A stretch of DNA of 63,895 bases, filler included, from Sphacelaria rigidula (GCA_964200075.2; 10 parts of 10 records of this genome joined end to end with filler, not necessarily neighbours in it), one strand, 5' to 3'. Positions 1 through 12,089 are shown, counted from the whole stretch's first letter. Translations and numbers: made by a program. Notes: generated by a model not told the origin, from the sequence alone.

Positions 1-189
1 CCTTGCACTCTGTGACCACGGGTTCGAGAGATCGAGCTAATGTGACGGATATAATAACAAAATAATATAATAATTTCGTACCTTTCTTAGGCAATAGATG
101 AGAAGGTATACGTTTTCTTGGCCATTGCCCAAAACATAAAGGTAAGCACCGCAGAAGAAATGTGGTTAACAAAATACAAACAAGAAGAG

Positions 190-298
190 AAAAAACTCCT
201 GTGTTGACCTTCCTCCGGTGTGACCCCCGCTGGTGCGCCCACATATACTGGAAGGTGTAGACCGGCGTCCAGAATAGATGCGACAACACACACACGCA
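190..298. repeat. Dispersed retroposon-like repeat ending in (CA)n (SINE or LINE 3' end); related copies ~9224-9650 and ~22224-22330 in the opposite orientation
   Basis: Shared core CATCCC.TCTATTCTGGA..CC.GTCTACAC...CGGTATA..TG.GCGC..CA.C.GGGGT.ACAC.GGAG.AAGGTCAACAC, adjacent to a GTGTGT tract, in three separate contigs. Confidence 0.75.
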
Positions 299-299
299 G

Positions 300-1579
300 T
301 GTCTACCCGAAAGTTGGGTAGAGTATCTGAGGCCGGCCCCGACATACCACCGCTGATACTCCCATGGAGGAGTCACATGTGCGGCCAGCAGAGTCGCTCA
401 TTTTGATGACATCTAACCGACTACCCCTCTACTCGATTACTCAATGATGATGAGTACCGCTAGTACTGAAAGTGTTGTCGAAGGGATTGAAAGGTATCAA
501 GTATGTACTACCATGGGTGGGGGCAGGTGAGCTGGAGCAGGTAGAGTCATTCTCCTGCACGCTTTTTAGTTTCTTGATGGCCATATCGTTCGCTCATACT
601 CGTTGTAGCCCGTGAAGTACCGCCACTCATCTAATTGATGGCCATCGTTCGCCCGTGTATTCAACATAGTCTGTGAAGTGACGTCCCGAAGTCGCCGACG
701 GTCACGGTTATTCATCATACCCAAGTAGTACTCTGTATTCAAGTATTTTTGAGAGTGCTTACTCAATAGTTGAGTAGAGTAGTGAAGGTCGTAGTCGATC
801 TACTCAAAATGTGAGTAGAGTATTTGAAGCCGTACTCAACCTACTCAAAATTTGAGTAGAGTATTGAGGTCATACCCCAGTGGTATTCTATACTTAAATA
901 CTACTGAGAGTGCTTACTCAATATTTAAGTAGAGTAGTAAAGGTCATACTCGATCAACTCAAAGTTTGAGTGGAGTATTTGAGGCCATATTCCACCTACT
1001 AAACATTCGAGTAGAGTATTTGAGGCCGTACTCGACCTACTCAAAATTTGAGTAGAGTATTGAGGCCATACCCAAGTGATACTCTATACTCGAATGCTAC
1101 TGAGAGTGCTTACTCAATATTTAAGTAGAGTATTTGAGGTTGTGCTCGATCTACTCAAAATTTGAGTAGAGTATTTGAGGTCATACTCAACCTAGTTAAA
1201 ATTAGAATAGAGTATATGAGGCCGTACTCAACCTACTCAAAATTGAAGGAGAGTGTTTCAGGCCGTCCTTGGTCTACTCAAAATTTGAGTAGAGTATTGA
1301 GGTCATATTTAAGAGATACTACTCGAATTCTAAGTAGGTCGAGTACGGCCTCAAATACTCTGCTTAAATTCTGAGTAGGTTGAGTACGGCTTCAACTACT
1401 CCACTCAAATTTTGAGTATTGTAGATCGAGTAAGACCTCAAATACTCTACTCAAATTTCAAGTAGGTCGAATACGGCCTCAAATACTCTCCTTAAATTTT
1501 GACTAGGTTGAGTATGGCCTCAAATACTCTACTCAAAATTTGAGTAGAGTAAATACTCGGGTATCTTACTCGAGTACTG
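300..1579. mobile_element. Foldback-like element built from 41-bp hairpin-containing tandem units, with an orientation switch near 1325
   Basis: Unit TTTGAGTAGAGTATTTGAGGCCGTACTCAACCTACTCAAAA recurs at 41-bp spacing (813/854; 968/1009/1050). Units after ~1330 are reverse complements. A longer ~70-bp variant occurs three times (~715, ~868, ~1063). Confidence 0.75.
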
Positions 1580-2159
1580 AAAAGCGCAAACTGTTTTCGA
1601 CCTGCAGTGATACTGTTTGGGTTAAATTCTGGATTTTGCGAATTGGCGGGCTCAAACCTCATTTTAGTATTCAATACCAAAAATTAGAATCGACTGCCCA
1701 CTCACGTCATTGCTCGTGGTGGACGACTTGAGTTGAGGACTCAGCAATCCGACGAACAAAAACTTATAATGAGCTCCTCCAGGATCTTAAACTTATACTC
1801 CTCAAGTCCATATGCATATTTGCACATGTACAAGCGTCGAGCTTCAAACGGACCGGGGTGGTATCACACGTGGCAATTCACGTTACAGGCTGGATGATGT
1901 TTCCAGACTGTGGTGCCTTCACGGTCGCGCCAGAAAACCTGGTGCATATGCAAGGCATCTTGTGCGTGTACAATGCATACCAAGGAAAACAACATTGACA
2001 TGATAGTACATGCCCCCAAATCCTTTCGAGAACACTCGGCATGCTGGGGCGTCCATCGTTTCGAACAAATACGCTGAACCGTGCAGGCAGTAGGTGCGAG
2101 TTGGTGCTAGACAGTGAATGCGCATTCATTGTGAACTGCGGATATATCTGTAAGAAGTA

Positions 2160-3753
2160 CACACTTCGGACGAGTCATTGCTCGTCGAAACGAGTGCACT
2201 CGTGGATGGTTTTTGAAAACACAACGAGCGTGACTCGTGTGCTCAAGTCATTACTTTTTGTTGCAACGAGCAATGACTCGTGTGCTCGAGTCATTGCTTT
2301 TTGTTACAACGAGCATGACTCGAGTTCTCGCCCTATTATTTTTTTCCACAACGAGCGATGACGCGAGTGCTCGCCCTATTAAGTATTTTCCACAATGGGA
2401 AATGACTCGAGTGCTCGCCCTATGAGTTTTTTTTCACAACGAGCAGTGACTCGAGTGCTCGCCCTGTTAATTCTCTCCACGGCGAGCAATGACTCGAGTG
2501 TTCGCCCTATTATTTTTCCCACGACGAGCAATGACTCGAGTGCTCGCTCTGTTAACCCTTTTGGGACCGACCTACTCCCCCCACTAACGCGTGGTTGACC
2601 ATGTGTTACTGAAATAATATAAAATAAGCTAGGAAGCGACCTGCCCAATCACAGCGAGGCGAAATTTATCGACCAGACCCGAACGACCAGCGTGGGGACT
2701 GTTGCCGAGTGTGATGTTGATGCAAAGATCGTGTGGGGGCCCTATCCCTGACCCTGATAAGCCTTCCCAGGTTTCTAAAGCCAGGATGCTCGGAGCATGG
2801 CTTTTGGTATTACTTGCACCCAGTATACTGTAGTGTTCCCGGGGTTTCCCAGGAGTTTTCTTGGGTCGCCAGTCTATACTGAAACGTAATAATCACACTC
2901 ACACAGAGTGGAGTAGGGAAATTGGGATGGAGTGTACAGGCCATAATGTGGTCATTTCCAGGAGGCACTGAACCCAGGTGGGCCGTGGAAAGACAAAAGG
3001 AACTTCCGTCACGAATTCTGCTTATCCTTCTGCCGACGACTTGCAGAACACTGTGAACATATATATATAGTGGGCGGGGATGAACAAGCTGTGTATAGGC
3101 AGCTGATCTCCGTCGCTGAGAACTACCAAGAACGTGCAAGGGAGTATGCAGCGGCAGCTGCTGCTGCAGTCGGAGAGGCGTACCGCACTGTACTGTACTG
3201 TATGTATATGCGCGGCAACGCCCATACCCTCCGAAGAGAATTTGTCGCATGCAACAAGGAGGGAAATGGCGGCCCGCACTGACCACAAAGGGCTGTGCGG
3301 CAAGGTGATGGGGACAATAATATCATCCAGAGCCACAAGTGGCGGGCGGCCCACCGGTCGCCGCATCCGTTTGGAAGCTCTCTACGGCGACACATACTGC
3401 TTGCTACATCAGATGCGCATTACCTAATGCGTATCCTGCACCTGAAAATAGATTGGATGGAACTTTCGATCTTCCTCATAACCCTGCGGTTACATACGCA
3501 GATTTTCAGCATCATGCCTCTGTTCCGTGCAGACGTCAGACCCATCATTCCTAACTAGCCTCATTGGTCGTTTTGGAGGCCCGATCACAAAGGGGATAAT
3601 TTTTCCACAACGAGCAATGACTCGAGTGGTCGCCCTATTATTTTTTACAAAATGAGCAATGACTCGAGTGCTCGCTCTATTATCTTTTCCGGCCAACGAG
3701 CAGCCCAACGGGTGTGAGTGCCACGAGGCACACTCGTGCTCGCCCGACGTGTG
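2160..3753. mobile_element. Non-autonomous hAT-like element (copy A) with ~42-bp subterminal repeats
   Basis: TIRs CACACTTCGGACGAG / CTCGCCCGACGTGTG. 8-bp TSD AAGAAGTA (2152-2159) / AAGAAGTC (3754-3761). Internal ACAACGAGCAATGACTCGAGTGCTCGCCCTATT units. Confidence 0.75.
2556..3595. mobile_element. Non-autonomous piggyBac-like element nested in hAT-like copy A
   Basis: TTAA|CCCTTTTGGGACCG ... CGATCACAAAGGGG|ATAA. It interrupts the 42-bp array. Its right end (3430-3595) matches 51783-51950, which flanks a degenerate piggyBac transposase. Confidence 0.7.
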
Positions 3754-4012
3754 AAGAAGTCATCAGCGATGCCAACAGTAGGCGAAGCCGCACTGGCGAA
3801 TGCAGGGAGCCTGCAGTCATGCGGAGTATTGTACAAGCAGATAAGCCGCAGCTGTCAAAGGTACAGCACAAAGGCTACGGCTTTCCTGCGTGTACAATGC
3901 TCCGCACCACCGCAGGCCCCCTGCATTCGCCAGTGCGGCTCCGCCCATGTGATGAGAGACAGTGTCACATACCTGGCTGTGCCGCATCAGCGGGGCATTG
4001 CTGATTACTTCT

Positions 4013-5968
4013 CAACACGTTGGAAAACCACGACTATGACTCGTGACACTCGCGCTCGTTGGGCCGCTCGTTGTCCGTTTCTGGAGGTCCTCGAGCATTC
4101 GAGTCATTGTTCGTTGTGAAAAATGAAGAGGGCGCGCACTCGAGTCATTGGTTGTTGGGGAAAAAATAAGAGAACGACTTCTCGAGTAATGACTCCTTGT
4201 GGAAAAATGAATAGTACGAGTACCCAGGTTATTGCTCGTTGTGGAAAGATGAAGAGGGCGAGTACTTGGATCATCGCTCCTTGTGGAAGAATTAATAGGA
4301 CGAGCATTCGAGGCATGACTCGTTGTGGAAGAATCAATAGGACGAGTACTCGAGTTATTGCTCGTTGTGGAAAAATGAATAGTACGAGTACTCGAGTCAT
4401 CGCTCGTTGTGGAAAAATTAGTACGAGCTGGGGCAGCCTAGGAGCGGATGTAAGCTCTCAAAGCAATATCTCGTCGACACGGACGAGTTGCGCCATGATC
4501 CGCATATCGTATTAATCGTATAACCAAGGGGAAGGCGTCCATCTACTCAAAAGGTTGGGCCCATATTTTCCCCTTGATTAAACCCCCATGTCTAGTAGTT
4601 CCTATACCTAACGGAGATAGCGTCCATGCTAAAATTTCTATCAAACCCCCCACCGATGCATTCAGCGGATGACGACGAATTTTGGTGTGGACACTCTCTG
4701 GAACACGAGGAGGCGATAGATACCCTCATCATCACCTAATTCGTAATCTATCTCGAGATATGGCGCACATAAGTTTCAACACTAAAAACAGTATATTACG
4801 AGCAGATGCACTAGATTAACTAAACCTGGATATCGCGTCTCAGTTTTTGAGAGTTATGCTATGAAATTTCGTACGGAGAACTACCAGTGCATAGTAAAGC
4901 TTGTAAACACAGTTTTTTTCAATGTTTCCGGGGGGGGGGTCATTTTTTCGAGTTTTGGGGGGAGTTCTGAGGAGAAATGAGTACTGCTTTTGGGCCTCAT
5001 CGCAATTTTGGCTCGATTTTTTTAATTGTAATTCGAAACTCAGGAAAAAGAACCACAGAGGTACGCTGAATAAAAAAACATGGACTCTCAATTTTTTTGG
5101 GGGGGGAGTTCGGGCGTTCTCGTAAAAAAATAGCGGTTTCCATAATAGAACGCCCTAAACCAGTGAAAACTAAGAAATAAATCAACCTGACCCATTTTGT
5201 TTCGTCAGTTGTGCCCTAGCCACGGCCCACACAAAGTTTCAATACAAAACACCAAACGTGGGCCGGTACGTGGCCGGCAAAATACTGTTGCGAATTTATT
5301 CTGACCCTGTCACCAAACGGCCCATTCATTGTTCGGCCATTATTTAGAGTTTGACCCTGAAAATTGGTATGGACAATGAATAGGACATAATAAAAACAAT
5401 TACCAGTGCACACAAGTTTTTTTTTTCATTTTTTTCATGAGTTAGGGGCAATAGTCAGATTTCAGGTATCAGTAATATGTCCCTAATTCACGGGGAAAAA
5501 ACTTCTGTGCACTGGCAATTGTTTTTGTTATGCCCTTTTCATTATCCATACCAAATTTCAGAGTCCAATTCTAAATATTGGCCGTACAATGGGCCTGCAA
5601 ACTACAAATTCGCTTCTCGGCTGGCCCAGCTCGGAGGGTGAGTGCTCCAGTCATTGCTCGTCATAGAAAGAGTCATAGATAGGGCGAGTACTCGAGTCAT
5701 GACTCGTTGGGGAAGAACCAATAATAGGACGATTACTCGAGTCATTGCTCATTGTGGAAAAAACAATAGGACGAATACTCGAGTAATTGCTCGTTGTGGA
5801 AAAAATATTTGGACGAGTACTCGAGACATTGCTCATCGTGGAAAAATCAATAGGACGAGTACTCGAGTCATTGCTCATTATTGAAAAATCAATAGGGCGA
5901 ATGCTCGGGTCATTGCTCGTTGTGAAAAAAAATCACACGTCGACGAGAAATGACTCGCCCCACGTGTG
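4013..5968. mobile_element. hAT-like element copy B, inverted relative to copy A
   Basis: Starts CAACACGTTGG..., ends GACTCGCCCCACGTGTG. Exact 42-bp period (GTGG at 4199, 4241, 4283, 4325, 4367, 4409). The array resumes at 5640-5930 after an insertion. Confidence 0.7.
4424..5633. mobile_element. Tc1/mariner-like non-autonomous element nested in copy B; partial relative at 44280-44698
   Basis: TA|CGAGCTGGGGCAGCCTAGGAGCGGAT ... ATTCGCTTCTCGGCTGGCCCAGCTCG (~28-bp TIR). The same TIR preceded by TA occurs at 44280. Confidence 0.7.
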
Positions 5969-6300
5969 AAACATTGTTTCAGCCATACTGGAGATAACAT
6001 CGGTGCAAACGACGTGCTTTATACTATGATCGTGGTCTTTTCCGCATGCCTCACCCGTCTTGTGTTGCCATCATACTGGTAGCTTCCTGCCGTCTGTTGT
6101 ACTGTTGTTGTGGAACACTCAGTGGAGACATCACAGCATGCAGTAGACTGTTTCTTGCCGTTGTACCAAGCCAAAACATGCAGCATACAGTACACACGCT
6201 GACTAATGTGCACGCACTTCATTGCAGGGAAAAAACCGATCAGGGGTTTTTCATGGCTCTTTTCTAGATAGAACAGTGTTTTCGTGAGATTGAGAGTAGA

Positions 6301-6400
6301 NNNNNNNNNNNNNNNNNNNNNNNNNNNNNNNNNNNNNNNNNNNNTTAATTAATTAANNNNNNNNNNNNNNNNNNNNNNNNNNNNNNNNNNNNNNNNNNNN
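6301..6400. other. Artificial contig spacer (N44-TTAATTAATTAA-N44); also at 12701, 19101, 25501, 31901, 38300, 44699, 51098, 57497
   Basis: Identical 100-bp spacer with stops in all six frames recurs nine times. The flanked segments are all 6299-6300 bp, as expected for size-sorted concatenated contigs. Confidence 0.98.
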
Positions 6401-6657
6401 CTCCGTCCCGGCTTTGTAGGGATGCAAGGTCAATTGTCTGATGACCTTGGCATGCATTATCATGAGTGCCCCCCCCCCCCCCCCCCCCCGTGTAGTGGGT
6501 CCTGGCCAATGTGCAACGTGTGTGTTGTTTGACAGCTTAGCGTTCGTCCACAGCAGCGAATACTCCCGTTTTGTTAAAAACCAACGTCAGCATAAGCACG
6601 CGTGGTATTCTCGAGCGCTGTGGTCTCATGTCTGTTGCCGTTGTTTGGGTGGTGCAG

Positions 6658-6755
6658 GTGAAGTTCGAGATCCCATACTTTACCGTCAGCGGAATCCAAG
6701 TCCGTTACCTCAAGATTATCGAAAAGAGCGGGTACCAGGCATTGCCATGGGTAAG
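6658..6755 (+). CDS. AP1M: AP-1 adaptor complex mu subunit, penultimate exon
   Basis: cag|GTG...AG|gtgag encodes VKFEIPYFTVSGIQVRYLKIIEKSGYQALPWV(R), the highly conserved mu1 C-terminal region. Confidence 0.95.
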
Positions 6756-7582
6756 GTGAGCACCTCCATTTTCCGTGATAATGATTGCAGCAGCTCGGTG
6801 AGGCAACCTGTGAACATAATGGCGTACTCGGGAATCGCCAGAAAATACTGATTGATGGGGAAAACGTTGCTGGTGTTGGTGAGATTCGGTGATTCCGACC
6901 CCTAAACGACATCCACCCGAGGTCTTGTCGCACGAAGAGCTTGCTACGTATGCTGTGTGGTCTCACTCCCTCCAGGACTAGCAACTTGTGTGTGCTGCAC
7001 GATATCTCCCCAAATGTAAATACTGCACCCGCGGCTCAGCCTCCCGTTAGACACATATTATGATATTGGACATCATTTATGTAAGACCTACGAGATGGAT
7101 GGTGTGATGGATACCTCGCATATTTGGACCAAGACCATAACGGGTGTTGCCGCGGTGACTGCCTAGGCTATAACATGTTCACACTTCGGGCGAGGGCGCG
7201 GCACCATTTTTTCTTTTTCGCCGCCGCCGAATATGATGAAACTTCGACCATGTCTCGTTTACGACTTTATTATAACACTTCTCTGCCCAGACCTATGGTG
7301 GTGCAGACACGATTCTGTCGTTAACATACGGCCTATGATCACATAAACTTTGATGATTGTCTAGTAGCCGGCGCCACATGAGCATCCAGCACTTTCGACC
7401 GCGTGCCTGACAAAGAATAACATATGGCGATGCACAGCATAAGCTGCTGATGCTGCTGGACCCACGTGAAATTGAGCACAAACACACCCAATACCATTTT
7501 TTATGCAGCACTGTTGACCTCCCGCCCATACCACGGCCCATCCACGACTTTTGTGCCGATTTTGAATTGTTTCGAACTGCAG

Positions 7583-7625
7583 GTATATCACGCAAAACGG
7601 GGATTACCAGCTGAGGATGACGTAG
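7583..7625 (+). CDS. AP1M: AP-1 mu subunit, last exon
   Basis: ctgcag|G TAT ATC ACG CAA AAC GGG GAT TAC CAG CTG AGG ATG ACG TAG = (R)YITQNGDYQLRMT*. Phase-compatible with the previous exon. Confidence 0.93.
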
Positions 7626-8099
7626 GCAGAGTTGTTGGCAGGATATTTAGGTACCTAGCATTTGTACGCGGGCTACTTGGTGAGAATAAGTAGGGTTCAA
7701 TATGGAACGTTCCCGACGCTCGCTTGTTTGAGTTGCTGTCCCCCCTCTCCCTCCCTCCCTCCCTCCCCTTTTTTGTCACTTATGAAGTGTTATGTTTTGT
7801 TTGTTTCAAGTCTGTAATGTAGCATTTGGCACGAAGCGATGGCCGTTCACTCAGCGATCGAGGGGAAGTCCGTTACATACTTTTGGGGTCATTGTCCTCG
7901 ATTCGATATCGGTTTGGCTTTTGGTGCAACCTGTACCCGTCGTAATTAATTGATCAGACTTGCGGCACCTTGTCCTACGCAGGGAAGGGGCACGCAGCGA
8001 CATACCCTCGCCAGGGACGTATTTCGGCACTTGGCCCTTTTGTCGATTTGGTATGTTTCCAGCTGTAGTCGATGACGGTACAGAGTTGGATTTTTTTCC

Positions 8100-9200
8100 C
8101 CGCGGTTCTGGGTACTACCGAGGTAGGTAATCGGGTGTAAAAGTATACAGAACGAGTAGGCGGACGACATGAAACAGGGTGTGATATGCGATAGAGTACG
8201 ATTCTTTCACAGTTTGGCCTGTGGTGGATTTGACCTGACAGTCAGAAACCCGCGTGGTCTTCTCACATGAGGTGTTGAATGTTGTGGTTGTCTGTTCCAT
8301 CTTTGGTGAGTGGAAACGACGCTCGAGGACCGGTCCTTTCATGGTACAAAAACGTGAAATTACCGAATGTGAATTGTACGTACCGCATACCCATGCCGCG
8401 CCCAGTTTTTTGAGGGGCAAAGCATAGCCCCTTCGATGTCACGTGAAAGGGAGGGGGGACAGGGGATGCATGTGGCTGGCTCTGTGTCAGAGAGGACGTG
8501 CTCTTGGCCCTTTTGTGGTGCGCCTGATGAGGGATGCATCCTCTCGTTTGAATCTACATCCATGGCTGTTATTATGCATTTTTGCGGTGGCTCCATGCAA
8601 GAACGACGCAGGTGTTGATGCCGAAAGTCATATTTCCTTCGATGATGGCTCATGACTGCTGTGAGAATGTACAGAGATTGATGCCGTTGCTTATGCCGTT
8701 TCCTCGTGTCGATGCAAGAAAAACGTGAAAAAGATCCCCCATCGTGCCGACCAACGGGTATAGCATAAAAACAGTGTTTTTTCTCACCACCTTTTGATGC
8801 ACACCATTCCACGTCTCTGTGGTAGACTTGCCGCCTCGGCGCGGATCATTCACGTAATTGTGTCCAAGACATGAAACGTTGCTGTACTGTTGGCCATATT
8901 CTCATTCCACGAAAAGTGTACAGGTAGTGCAGCCTTTCCGATCTCGTGCATATCTACTACTCTGAGGTGTCCTTTCTTCACTATCGACGTCGTCACCCTG
9001 ACTGCCAGCGGCTGACCATCGGTCTGCCCAGCCTGACAAAGAGAAACGGCCGTCGCGGCGATAGCCTTCATGTAAGCATCATGCCCCAAGAATGCACCCC
9101 AAGTATGCAGCAGGGTCGGGTTGGCAACCCATCCCGACTGCGCAAAAATGGATGTATATACCAGGTACATTGCCCTGCGCCCTGGTAGTGTCACGGGCGG
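8100..9200 (-). pseudogene. Degenerate Penelope-like reverse transcriptase relic
   Basis: Frameshifted motifs in the expected order on the minus strand: FAQ..VGMGCQPDPAA (Q..G.AMG..P), GDDV, HFSWNE..TFHVLDT (FT.E...FLD), VHQK..LYPL..HVF..STRG. Confidence 0.5.
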
Positions 9201-9270
9201 TGCCATGGCACAGCTAGCACCAGTTTGTGTCTGCTATCATCCCGTCTATTCTGGAAGACAATCTTTACAC

Positions 9271-9558
9271 TACGGTATAAATGGGCGCTTCACCTGGGGT
9301 TACACAGGAGCAAGGTCAACACGGGAATTTATTTTCACATTATATAATAGCAATCCATCTTGGTTCTACGGTATAAATGGGCGCTTCACCTGGGGTTACA
9401 CAGGAGCAAGGTCAACACGGGAATTTATTTTCACGTTATATAACAGCAATCCATCTTGGTCCTACGGTATAAATGGGCGCTTCACCTGGGGTTACACAGG
9501 AGCAAGGTCAACACGGGAATTTATTTTCACGTTATATAACAGCAATCCATCTTGGTCC
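9271..9558 (+). repeat. Three near-identical 96-bp tandem copies inside the dispersed retroposon repeat
   Basis: TACGGTATAAATGGGCGC... starts at 9271, 9367 and 9463, with only a few substitutions between copies. Confidence 0.95.
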
Positions 9559-10034
9559 TGCGGTGCTGGCGATGTATTTCGTCGCGAGAAGCGCTCAAAA
9601 GTCCTTTCCCTCGTCGACCATGAAGTCAAAATTTGCGTACCCACAACACAGTTCCTTTCCACTCTTGTTGGGCATGATATGAGGATATATCCCAGACCGT
9701 GTGACTTGATCGAGATTCGAACCTACGTCCACACCATCACAAGAACGTTAACGACATGTCTAACTGAGCCATCAGGGCGACCGGTTACACCCGAGGAGCG
9801 GGAAAAAAGGCGAGTTCGATTTCCACCAGGTGCGTTTATCAATATTTTGACTCTTTACTCACAAGTATCTCATTTCCGTCGACAGCATGAGGACGTGAAC
9901 AGTAGCAGCTGTTGCAGGAGTCTATTTGGCTGAGTTTCATAAACGACGACCGCTGCGGTGCGGAAGTGCTGATCCAGTTTACGGTAGCAATGTGTGAGGC
10001 GTATGTGGTTGGAGATGACTTGATCGTCGAAGTC

Positions 10035-10660
10035 ACGGGCTCGTCTCCCGAGGAAGGGAGGAGTTAAAGGATTGAGAACGGAACGAAAACAAACATTCTG
10101 CGTCGGATATCACCAGCGCGAGGCACCTACCGACAACGTTCGTACGCCCAGACCCACAACAAAAACGGATGCACAATATCTGGAGCCGTCGTCTGGAAAC
10201 GGCAAGTGACTGTTGTTCGCGGGAGCCTTGACACGACAAACGGACGGGACGACTCCCGGAACGTCTGGTGTTCGGAACACTCGTCGGGGGAGGCGGGGGG
10301 AGGATCCAGGGAAAGGGTTCCCGAAGCAGCACAGGCTGAAGTTCCTGAGAGACCATCTCCAAGCATTCGGAGCCACACACAGGCAGCTCTACGGACTACA
10401 ACCGATGCACGTTCCGAGTTGACGGCGTCCTCTGGACTACCGCAGCGGAGAACGAAGAGGGAACGCCGTGGCACGCGGGGGTGATGCGGAGAGTGGAGAA
10501 GTTGCTGACCTCATGGCACGACGACGAAGAGGAGCGGTCAGCCGACTACGTTCGAACGAAAAAAACTAAGAACTTGGCCCAACAGACACGACGACTTAGA
10601 AGCGTTTGAGGGCGGAGGGGCGTGAGCAGGGGAATGAGCTTAGAAAGGTCCAAACTAGGG
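10035..10660 (+). pseudogene. Degenerate RTE-type LINE ORF C-terminus
   Basis: Frameshifted translation YHQ.RGTYRQ.SYA..LLFAGALTRQ.D..RLVFG..GEDPGKG.PKQH.LK.LRDHLQAFGATH..GV.LWT.AA..PWHAGV..F.TSWH resembles the post-RT region of RTE LINEs. Confidence 0.65.
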
Positions 10661-10831
10661 GTATTAATGTGGCCGAGGAGAGCAGGAGGGAGGTGGCAGA
10701 ACGTGTAGCCAGATGTGTACCAGATTAAGTGTGGCGGAGGCGGCCGGAATACCCGCTGTATCCCTCCATGTCTTTCTTTTTCTTGCTAAATCCTTCCTTT
10801 CACTGTATCCATACTGTAATGTAGAGAAGGC

Positions 10832-11138
10832 TTGTTCAGGACGCGAACAGTTCACGAATCGAACCAATGAGCGCTCACTGGTTCAATCAGTGAACTGTTC
10901 GCTTCCTGAACAAAAGATATGCTGTTTGGGCCGTCCCAGCATGACACATCAGTGATCTCCAAGGCCCCTTGCCACTCTGCCCCTCGCAAGACTCCCTGTC
11001 CACATATGAAAGTCTTTCCTTCCACAATTGATCATGCCGGGACTCAAATCGCATATATATTTTATTCAGGAAGCGAACATCCTATCCATTGAACCAGTTA
11101 GTGCTCAATTGATGGTGAACTGTTCGCTTCCAAAACAA
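10832..11138. repeat. Two ~80-bp hairpin units (10832-10913, 11062-11138)
   Basis: TTGTTCAGGA(C/A)GCGAACAGTTCAC ... GTGAACTGTTCGCTTCCTGAACAA; the second copy is more diverged. Confidence 0.75.
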
Positions 11139-11662
11139 AATATGTCCAGCTGAAGCCCCAAATGTAATGTGGAGAAGTCTGTCACCCTAGCTGCTCAAAG
11201 ACAGAAGAGTGACATCTTCCAAGGATCAAGCTTTCTCTGCTCGAAGCATGCGAGTTGTGTGAACTGGGAGAGTGTTGTGTGTCAATGCTCATGAAAATGT
11301 AGTAGCAGAGTCAACCGAAGGAATAAAATACACACTCAGGAACTTACTAAATGTCTTTGTTCCTGAGGGCCCAGTCACCGAAGCAGGAGATAGCTGGATG
11401 CGCAGCAGAGGTGTCAGACGCTGAAAGAAGTGTTTTGATTGATCTCTACTGTATTGTTGAAATCCAAGCTACGGCGAGAGAGTGCGACGGAGGGGCTGCT
11501 ACAGAGACTTGCCACCCGGCCCCAGTGATATGTCACCACTCAGAGCTATAATGACTCAAAATCTTGTGCGTCACCAACTTCGAAAGCCACTTCAAGCTGT
11601 AAGTACGTACGTACTGATCTCCATCCTCGGACAGTATAATTCCCCGTCATCCAACATCCAGT

Positions 11663-12089
11663 AACAACAGTGGATTCTCGACAATGGGGTTGAAAAACAA
11701 TGAGGTTCAACTCAGAAGCCGTGCTTTTCCTCACCTAAATTCATGGCAAAGGACGTCCATATGGACAACCCCATGCCTCCCGACCCCCCTAAAACTATTT
11801 CGGGGGATTTCTAGCCTTCTGTTCCCCCAAAGGATATGTGCGAAAGCACGATTTTGGGGCCAAATGACGTCCTTTTTTCACCCCGAAATCGAGGCAAAAG
11901 TGTGCTTTCGCACATTTCCTATGGGGGAACGGAAGGCTAGGAATCCTCCGAAATAGATTTAGGGAGGTCGGGAGGGATGAGGTCGTCCGTACGAAAATCA
12001 TTTGTCATGAGTTCAGGTGAGGAAAAGCACGGTGTTTGAGTTGAACGTCATGATTTTGTCAACCCCATTTTCGAGAATCCACTGTTGTT
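11663..12089. mobile_element. ~430-bp fully palindromic MITE
   Basis: AACAACAGTGGATTCTCGA.AATGGGGTTG ... CAACCCCATTTTCGAGAATCCACTGTTGTT; the arms pair almost to the centre (~11870). Confidence 0.85.

Noticed and set aside
2240..5930. CRISPR-like appearance of the palindromic 42-bp arrays (and the 41-bp array at 760-1560)
   Set aside because: Units are contiguous with no unique spacers, lie within TIR/TSD-bounded elements, and have no cas genes nearby; the context is eukaryotic.
6301..6400. Regularly spaced TTAATTAATTAA motif every ~6.4 kb
   Set aside because: It is an artificial six-frame-stop linker inside N runs, not biological.
9121..9933. 270-aa ORF with 32-aa repeats
   Set aside because: It is a by-product of the 96-bp triplication in a non-coding repeat and has a non-ATG start.
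11200..11660. Possible hAT transposase relic on the minus strand (LLRIQLSPASV)
   Set aside because: A single weak motif is not enough support.
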